Shown here piece after piece: positions 25,803-32,000 of a stretch of DNA of 32,000 nt; within the stretch, counting starts at the first letter, position 1; each line of letters opens with the position of its first letter. The notes below the pieces were generated by a model that was not told where the DNA came from, did not search any database, and was given only the letters and a program-made list of their open reading frames with translations. The position numbers and the translations under genes were made by a program. Source of the stretch: Candidatus Thorarchaeota archaeon (GTDB lineage Archaea > Asgardarchaeota > Thorarchaeia > Thorarchaeales > Thorarchaeaceae). Where the stretch lies: NCBI GenBank assembly GCA_003345555.1, contig PRDJ01000073.1, forward strand, positions 2,397 through 34,396, read 5' to 3'.

Positions 25803-26948
25803 ATGATGAGCATGCAACTGTCACAGCGCAGTCCAAGAGGTCTCTTCGACCCGTACTACGTGCCTGACCTTCTTCTCTATCGCGACAGAGAGCTTGAGTC
25901 AATCACGGGCGTATGCAAAGACTCCTACGAAAGCGAATACGGAGTGAACTGCCTTGTCCATGGCATCGGAGGAGTGGGCATGACAGTCTTCTCAAGATAC
26001 TTCCTCACGAGGATTATCCCGGGAAGCTTCGATGCTCACACAGTCTATGTCGATGCTAAAGGCAAGGATGTGCTCGAGATTGTCGGGGAACTCAATGATG
26101 CAATCCACCGAAAGGAGAACAAACCAATCACAGTTGCCTTTGATCTCGATGTGCTCTGGATGCAGTTCAAACGAATGGCATCAGACGCGGCCAAGAGAAC
26201 AGTATTCGTCATAGACAATATCGATGAAAGAAACGAAGATGTCTACTCCAAACTCGCAAGACTCTCGAAGGAGATCAAAGCGAGCACGATTGGAGTGCTC
26301 AATAGCCACGACTATAGGATGTTAACCAAGTTACCTGCCACTCAAATGGCGTACGACTTCGAAGTTCACTTGGACACATACAGCCAGTCCCAACTCTACG
26401 ACATAATCCGCATGAGAGTTGAGGACACTTTTCCTTTGGGTCTGACAGAGGACATCCTGAGATATATGACCGACATAGTCTGCGAATTCGATGCATCAAA
26501 GCCTAAGACTTCCATAGAAGCTTTGAAGGTGCTTTGGCCGCTTGCTCAACGTGGACAGGAGATAGATTCGGATGCAGTCCGTGCCGCTACGGCCAAGATA
26601 GTAACATTGGGTCAGGACCAAGACTACATGGACACCGTCGATACCATCAGCATGAATGATTACATGACAGCATTGGTCCTCGAAGTTCTCGCAGAACATC
26701 TGATGAGGTATCGAACAGAGACGTACATCGACCGTCAGACTCTCAACGAGAATGTCCAGATAAAGTGCGAAGAACTAGGTGTGAAATACACACATAGTGA
26801 CATAGAGAAGAGCCTCCAGACACTCATATTCGAAAGTATAGTCTTCGAATCTGGTTACTCTCACAATCTTCTGTACGTTCTAGTACCCCCGGATGTGCTA
26901 TACGATTCGGCTCTGAGCATAAGACGCGAGCTCACCAGAGGTAAATGA
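25803..26948 (+). CDS. Cdc6/Orc1-like AAA+ protein with C-terminal winged helix and degenerate Walker motifs
   Basis: LFDPYYVPDLLLYRDREL (Cdc6 N-terminal motif); Walker A GIGGVGMT; Walker B VFVIDNID; YSQSQLYDIIRMRVE; C-terminal wHTH (CEELGV...LQTL). Confidence 0.82.
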   Translation: MMSMQLSQRSPRGLFDPYYVPDLLLYRDRELESITGVCKDSYESEYGVNCLVHGIGGVGMTVFSRYFLTRIIPGSFDAHTVYVDAKGKDVLEIVGELNDAIHRKENKPITVAFDLDVLWMQFKRMASDAAKRTVFVIDNIDERNEDVYSKLARLSKEIKASTIGVLNSHDYRMLTKLPATQMAYDFEVHLDTYSQSQLYDIIRMRVEDTFPLGLTEDILRYMTDIVCEFDASKPKTSIEALKVLWPLAQRGQEIDSDAVRAATAKIVTLGQDQDYMDTVDTISMNDYMTALVLEVLAEHLMRYRTETYIDRQTLNENVQIKCEELGVKYTHSDIEKSLQTLIFESIVFESGYSHNLLYVLVPPDVLYDSALSIRRELTRGK

Positions 26949-27007
26949 CGCATCGGCCTTTGAGTCCCCTATCTACATAACTCAGTGATTATAAACCGCG
27001 AAAGCTC

Positions 27008-28198
27008 ATGACCATAGTGGACCACCTGCTCCGCCGGTCTAGGAAGAGCATGTTGACGACAACGAAGAGAGCTCAAAAGAAGCGCTCTGAGATGACATTC
27101 GAGAAGTGTGTTCGGTGCGGAAGCTGCATGAAGATATGCCCGATCTTCGACGCTATGGGAGAGGAACAGTACTCTCCTCGCGGAAAGCTCTACTTACTGC
27201 AGGTGATGGACAAGGTTGAGTCCGACCCAGAGCTTGCGAAGGAATTCAGAAGACTCTTGTTTCAGTGTGCAATGTGTGGCAGGTGCACGGACGTTTGTTC
27301 ATCAGACGTAGACCTTCTGAGAATATGGCATGAACAACGTGCAAGGGCAATCAAAGATGCGCCTCAGGAGTTCGCCTACCTCGGTGCTCTTGAGAAATCT
27401 CTCGAAAATGTCAAAAACATATACGGACTATCACCGGAAGACAGAGCAGTCTACTGGCTTGACGAACTGGAACAGGAAATTCCGAACCTCCGAAAGAGAG
27501 TATTTCCCGAAGCGAAGACAGCGGACGTTGTTGTTTTCTTGGGTTGTCTTATGTCATTTCGGGCTTCACAGGTCGATGTACTCAGGGCACTCTTCAAGTC
27601 TCTCGAAATACTGAAGGTGGATTACTTGGTGCTGGGTGCGGAGGAGTTCTGCTGTGGGCATCCATTGGATCTAATGGGCGACGAAGCCGGAGCAAAGAAG
27701 CTCAGGACGCACAACAAGCGTGTCATAAAACAAACTGGCGCAAAGCAATTGATAACGTGCTGCCCGGGTTGTCTATCGCAGCTGCAGAACAACTACAATT
27801 TCACTGGCATAGAGGTATTGCACCATACTCAGTTCTTTGACAGGCTCTTACAATCGATAGAACCCTATAAGCAGACTGAGGAGTTTACATATCACGATCC
27901 CTGCGAACTGCACAGGATATGCAATGTTAAGACTGAACCGAGATCTCTTCTCAAGAAGATGGGTGTCCAGTTCCGAGAACTGGAACTGAGTTGCTGTGGC
28001 GGAGGCGGTCTGCTGAGGATGACAGACCCGAACCTAAGCGATAAGATTCAGCAACTTCGGGCAGCACGGGAGAAACTGAGCTCAACAACCGTAATCACAG
28101 CATGTCCAGCCTGCAGAGAGCAACTGCTCGGCAACAATCTCAAGACAAAGGACATAATCGAGCTTCTGGTGACTTGTCTCTCGGAGGCGAAGGGCTGA
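27008..28198 (+). CDS. Fe-S oxidoreductase, GlcF/HdrD-like (two 4Fe-4S motifs plus two CCG domains)
   Basis: CVRCGSCMKICP; CAMCGRCTDVC; FLGC; EFCCG; TCCPGC; YHDPC; SCCGGGG; TACPAC. The true start may be ATG 27050 or 27092. Confidence 0.9.
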   Translation: MTIVDHLLRRSRKSMLTTTKRAQKKRSEMTFEKCVRCGSCMKICPIFDAMGEEQYSPRGKLYLLQVMDKVESDPELAKEFRRLLFQCAMCGRCTDVCSSDVDLLRIWHEQRARAIKDAPQEFAYLGALEKSLENVKNIYGLSPEDRAVYWLDELEQEIPNLRKRVFPEAKTADVVVFLGCLMSFRASQVDVLRALFKSLEILKVDYLVLGAEEFCCGHPLDLMGDEAGAKKLRTHNKRVIKQTGAKQLITCCPGCLSQLQNNYNFTGIEVLHHTQFFDRLLQSIEPYKQTEEFTYHDPCELHRICNVKTEPRSLLKKMGVQFRELELSCCGGGGLLRMTDPNLSDKIQQLRAAREKLSSTTVITACPACREQLLGNNLKTKDIIELLVTCLSEAKG

Positions 28199-28199
28199 G

Positions 28200-29537
28200 T
28201 TGAACATCCGGGACATTGTCATCGGTGCAAATGCCTCCATATACTATCGAATGGACTTCCGCAAAATCAAGGGCGTCTTCTACCCCCGTACCGACGAGCA
28301 AGTCCAAGAAGCCGTTGCCTGGGCCAGAGAGAGGGGCTATGATGTGACGCCAAAAGGTGGGGGTTCCGGACTTAGTGGAGCTTGTACCGGGGGCGACCGT
28401 GATCGAGTGATGATAAGCAGCCTTCAAATGAAGGAGGTGCTTTCGGTCTCGAAAGACCAAGGGTACGTTGATGTTCAGCCTGGGGCAACTCCTGATGAAA
28501 TCAATGTTCTCCTAGCTCCCTTGAAGATGAAGTTCTATGTCACACCCAGCAGCAGGGACGTAGCGACTGTAGGAGGAATGCTGAACACTGACGGAGGGGG
28601 GAACGACGCTTGGGTCAATGGGACGATGCGAGACAACACGTTGAGAGCCAAGATAGTCCTATACGATGGCCGCCTTATCACCGTGGAGCAGAAGAGCGTA
28701 AAGTCGAGCGACTCACAGCTTGAGAGCGACCTCAACAGCGTGGGAATGACCATCAATGATGTCGCTAGTTCGCATGGAACTCTCGGCTTCGTTACAGAAC
28801 TACGTCTCTCCATAAGGCCCATCGTCCAAGAAAGACTGATCGGAGGGCTGGCAGAATACAGGGACAGCGATGAGCTAGGCAGCACGTTGCGCAGGATGAT
28901 TGAAACCAAGAGCCCCGTAAAGTACGGAGAAGCCATAGTTGCGGCACATCCTGATGTGCGAGGTGAGTTGCGGCCGCCTGAGCTTATTCTTGAGTTCCCT
29001 GAGGATTATGCGTCGAATCTTGAAAACATCACCCACTTCAGGAAATTGACTGCTGAGGAGCTTGCAAAGCTCAAGGACGTGAGACTCAAGCTCCCGAAGC
29101 GGAACCCGAAGAAGGGACTTCAACTGGCGCTGTTCGAGGACTATGGTTTCTACGGCGACGGCCTGAAGATGATACAAGAAGGCGTAGCCGGAATCGATCT
29201 TCTTCTCAAGAAGCACGGTTTTGTGCCATTTGCCAAGTATGGTCACGCGCCCTCAAAGTGGTACCTCGGAAACAACGCTGCTGCTTACGGCATCATCTTG
29301 CACTCTAGAGAAATCAGACCTGAGGGCATAACGAAAGCGGAGGTCTTCAAGGCCGTGATGGAGCTTGTGGACCTGTGCGAAGAGGCAGGTATCACACCGA
29401 AGCCAGAGCACAAGTGGCCCTATAATGACAAGGTGAAGAACGATAGGATTCAGCAAATCAGAGAAGTGATTGGCGAGGGGTTCAATACGTTTGTTCTTCA
29501 GTCCGACTGCAACGTCGTCCTGAGTTCCATGGTCTGA
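28200..29537 (+). CDS. FAD-binding oxidoreductase, GlcD/D-lactate dehydrogenase family (copy 2), translationally coupled to the Fe-S gene
   Basis: Same motifs as copy 1; TTG start lies 1 nt after the upstream TGA. Confidence 0.85.
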   Translation: MNIRDIVIGANASIYYRMDFRKIKGVFYPRTDEQVQEAVAWARERGYDVTPKGGGSGLSGACTGGDRDRVMISSLQMKEVLSVSKDQGYVDVQPGATPDEINVLLAPLKMKFYVTPSSRDVATVGGMLNTDGGGNDAWVNGTMRDNTLRAKIVLYDGRLITVEQKSVKSSDSQLESDLNSVGMTINDVASSHGTLGFVTELRLSIRPIVQERLIGGLAEYRDSDELGSTLRRMIETKSPVKYGEAIVAAHPDVRGELRPPELILEFPEDYASNLENITHFRKLTAEELAKLKDVRLKLPKRNPKKGLQLALFEDYGFYGDGLKMIQEGVAGIDLLLKKHGFVPFAKYGHAPSKWYLGNNAAAYGIILHSREIRPEGITKAEVFKAVMELVDLCEEAGITPKPEHKWPYNDKVKNDRIQQIREVIGEGFNTFVLQSDCNVVLSSMV

Positions 29538-29650
29538 ACACCGCTCAATTTCCAACTCGGCAATATTCGGACTAGGATTGCTGTCGAGCACGCAATCGGA
29601 AAAATGACGTGTGTGGCCGGATAGACCGGCTCACACTAACAATGAGAGTT

Positions 29651-30076
29651 CTATTTCTTCTTCTTCTCAGCGAATTCCTTCTTCACCCATGCATCAAGCC
29701 CGGTTGCGCTCTGCAGGTTCTTGAGTTCTGCGGCAAGGTTTGTGGGTTCAATGACTGCGACCCATCCCTTCCCATACGGGTCCTGATTCAAGAGACCCGG
29801 ATTGCTCTTGAGTTCGTCGTTGATTGCCTTCAATGTGCCACCTACTGGCGCCTTGACTGGTCCGGTCCATTTTCCTGATTCGAGTGTACCTATGCTCTTG
29901 CCGGCTTCAATCTTGGCTCCAGCAGGTCTCAAGCGTACAAACTTGATTTTGCCCGCTAAATCCATGCCAAAGGTCGTGAAGCCTATCCGTACGGTTCCGT
30001 CTTCCTTCTTCAACCAAATCTGGTCGGTCGTGTAGTAGAGGTTGTCCGGGAAATCGAAGCCTTCGTACTTTACCAA
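29651..30076 (-). CDS. gcvH: Glycine cleavage H-protein-like lipoyl carrier
   Basis: YYTTDQIW; VRIGFT; lipoyl-Lys motif TLESGKWTGPVKAPVGG; NPGLLNQDPYGKGWVA. TTG start with AGGTGA SD at 30084-30089. Confidence 0.88.
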   Translation of the reverse strand: MVKYEGFDFPDNLYYTTDQIWLKKEDGTVRIGFTTFGMDLAGKIKFVRLRPAGAKIEAGKSIGTLESGKWTGPVKAPVGGTLKAINDELKSNPGLLNQDPYGKGWVAVIEPTNLAAELKNLQSATGLDAWVKKEFAEKKKK

Positions 30077-30425
30077 GTGATTGTCACCTGGACGGGGTTC
30101 AATGAGAGAGCGACTTAAGATAGTTTCGGAGAATCACTTCTTCGGACCATGCAAAGGGCGGGTCGTCGTGCCTCAGGCGTGCGGCAGTTCATGTCGAGAA
30201 CGAGGCGTCAATGGCAACTACAGCAATCTTGGACGAACTTGGACACTGAAATGTGGGAGGCTATAAGCCCCGGTGAGGAATCTGACTTCCGAGGTTAAAA
30301 CGACACGAACTTGACCTCAAGGAGTTGGAGTCCAGTGCCGTTTCTGGACGGACAAAGACTCCTGCGTCCAACTTTGTCCAGCTAACAATGAACGGCATTA
30401 CCCCTAGTAAGAGCTAGTAGCTAAG

Positions 30426-31193
30426 ATGGAAAATCAACGAGGCCTTCCGGAAACCGTATTCCGTACAGCAGATCAGATGGCGCGCCGGATAGTAAGCACC
30501 GGGAACGTGTCTCTCGATACTTTGCTAGGAGGTGGTCTCGAAACTGGTCTGATGCACCTTTTCTATGGAGAACGTTGCCTAATCGAAGATCTTCTACGGG
30601 CCGCAGTCCAAGCGCAGCTGCCCGAAGAACGAGGAGGCATGAACAGTTCGACAATAATCATTGACAGCGCGAACATAATCAAGATAGAGAAGTTGACTGA
30701 TTTCGCTTTCGAGATGGGACTCGAACCAGAAGATGTGATGGACCATATTTACATATCTCGTGCCTTCAATTCATCACAGACATACGACCTCGTGATGAAC
30801 CAGTTGGATCAGTTCTTTGAGAGAGTACCCGCACGGCTGCTGATCGCTTCTGGTCTTCCGAACCTCTACATTGCAGAGGGAACAACCGGTGAAGGCCTTC
30901 AGCAGATCTCGCACATGGCAACGAAACTGATGGCTTTCACTCTTAACCGTGGGATAGTTACATTGCTATCAGCACCGGCTTCTGAAAGGAACCCCGAGAT
31001 GCCTGCAGGAGGTAGAGCCCTTTCCAGCTGCGCCCAAGTACACATCCATGTCGCTGAGAGTAAGGCCTACTACAAGTATACACTGACCAAGCACCCACAA
31101 TATCCTGTCAGACGGGCTTCACGTTCGAAACCGGTATTCTTTGGCACTACCCTTCCTCTCTCTTGCTTCCTCGACGACAAAGAAAGAGAGTAG
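30426..31193 (+). CDS. RadA/RadB/Rad51-paralog-like RecA-fold protein with degenerate Walker A and Walker B motifs
   Basis: STGNVSLDTLLGGGLETG; QLPEERGGMNSS..IIDSAN; EDVMDHIYISRAFN. Walker A position reads YGERCLIE; Walker B position reads LLIASGL. Confidence 0.8.
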   Translation: MENQRGLPETVFRTADQMARRIVSTGNVSLDTLLGGGLETGLMHLFYGERCLIEDLLRAAVQAQLPEERGGMNSSTIIIDSANIIKIEKLTDFAFEMGLEPEDVMDHIYISRAFNSSQTYDLVMNQLDQFFERVPARLLIASGLPNLYIAEGTTGEGLQQISHMATKLMAFTLNRGIVTLLSAPASERNPEMPAGGRALSSCAQVHIHVAESKAYYKYTLTKHPQYPVRRASRSKPVFFGTTLPLSCFLDDKERE

Positions 31194-31224
31194 AGAGGGA
31201 GGAGCCCTGCCCAATCAGGGCTTC

Positions 31225-32000
31225 CTATTTCCCTCTCGTGAGACTCTTCACAAGCTCGTCGATGAGATATTTGGGTAACTTCTTGGCCTGTTCCATGATA
31301 GTGTCAATCTCGTGAGCCGGCACACCCTTCTGTTCGAGTTGCTTCTTCAGCTCCTCAAGCTCGTACTGGCTCAGCTTCTCGCTTGGGGCAATCTCCTCTT
31401 CGCCTGCAGTCGGAGGTGCCTTCTTGACCTCTTCGACAGCTGGAGTGGGTGCCTTAGGCTTCGCGGGTCTAAGGATTATGCGTTCCTCGGGGACGACTTC
31501 AGCGGCCTCCGGTTCCGCCACACCAGCCTCTGCTTCGCCCACTCTTCTCTGAGCTTGTGCTCTCAGGTCTGACATTACCTGATCGATTGTCTTGCCATCG
31601 CGACGTGCGACACGCATGGCCTCTTGGTTGATCACTTCTTTTACGAAAGCGGCCTGCTCACTTATCTTCATCTTCGATATGTCGGCCTTGAAGTCATCGA
31701 GCTCCTGCTGGTTGAGGTGAGTAAGCATTGACAGCTGAATGAGAAGCTCGCCCATCTCCGGAATCTCCACCGCCACGCTTTCAACTGGCATCTGTTCTCC
31801 CGTTCTGACCAGCTTCATTTCCGCGAACGTGTCGTTGAACAGACCTGCTACGAGGTCCTGTCGGCTCTTCACACCCTTAATGGGCTTGGGTATCTTACCT
31901 TTCTTGATTGACTTAATGAGACCGTTTATCTCGCGAAGCTGCTTTGGCACACTCAGGACTCTCATGTAATAGACAGACGCTGTCAATATGATGAACAATA
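31225..32000 (-). CDS. 3' part of a large membrane-anchored protein (end of TM helix plus charged cytoplasmic domain); start lies beyond the window
   Basis: Open frame to the window edge; hydrophobic FIILTASVYY followed by VPKQLREINGLIKSIKKGKIPKP and a helical Glu/Lys-rich domain. Confidence 0.75.
   Translation of the reverse strand, partial: LFIILTASVYYMRVLSVPKQLREINGLIKSIKKGKIPKPIKGVKSRQDLVAGLFNDTFAEMKLVRTGEQMPVESVAVEIPEMGELLIQLSMLTHLNQQELDDFKADISKMKISEQAAFVKEVINQEAMRVARRDGKTIDQVMSDLRAQAQRRVGEAEAGVAEPEAAEVVPEERIILRPAKPKAPTPAVEEVKKAPPTAGEEEIAPSEKLSQYELEELKKQLEQKGVPAHEIDTIMEQAKKLPKYLIDELVKSLTRGK

Overview
Gene-dense archaeal window, probably from an Asgard archaeon (Thorarchaeota-like). That assignment is inferred from gene content and protein style (RIO1 kinase, RFC small subunit, Cdc6/Orc1-like and RadA-like proteins, GGTGA/GGAGGT ribosome-binding sites, TATA-type promoters, and a C-terminal membrane-proximal domain typical of large Asgard surface proteins); it was not tested by search. 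No rRNA, tRNA, CRISPR array or mobile element was recognised. The best candidate for an undescribed system is at 465-4625. A ~700-aa DUF2207-like membrane protein ends in a 49-aa tail with 11 Cys and 9 His built from CHSA/CxxHDA repeats. It is encoded next to a small unknown protein and divergently from a radical SAM/SPASM enzyme with an N-terminal PqqD/RRE-like domain, which suggests post-translational modification of a protein-embedded Cys-rich 'core peptide'. Other notable items: (1) an XPB helicase with an N-terminal Helicase_C_3 domain plus a nearby protein carrying the same domain (TFIIH p52/Tfb2-like pairing); (2) an RFC small subunit with a ~50-aa insertion; (3) probable pseudo-ATPases of the Cdc6 and RadA families; (4) three tandem diverged paralogous membrane proteins; (5) tandem BCP peroxiredoxins; (6) a degenerate M28 peptidase with Ca-binding repeats; (7) duplicated GlcD-like FAD oxidoreductases flanking the Cdc6-like and Fe-S genes.
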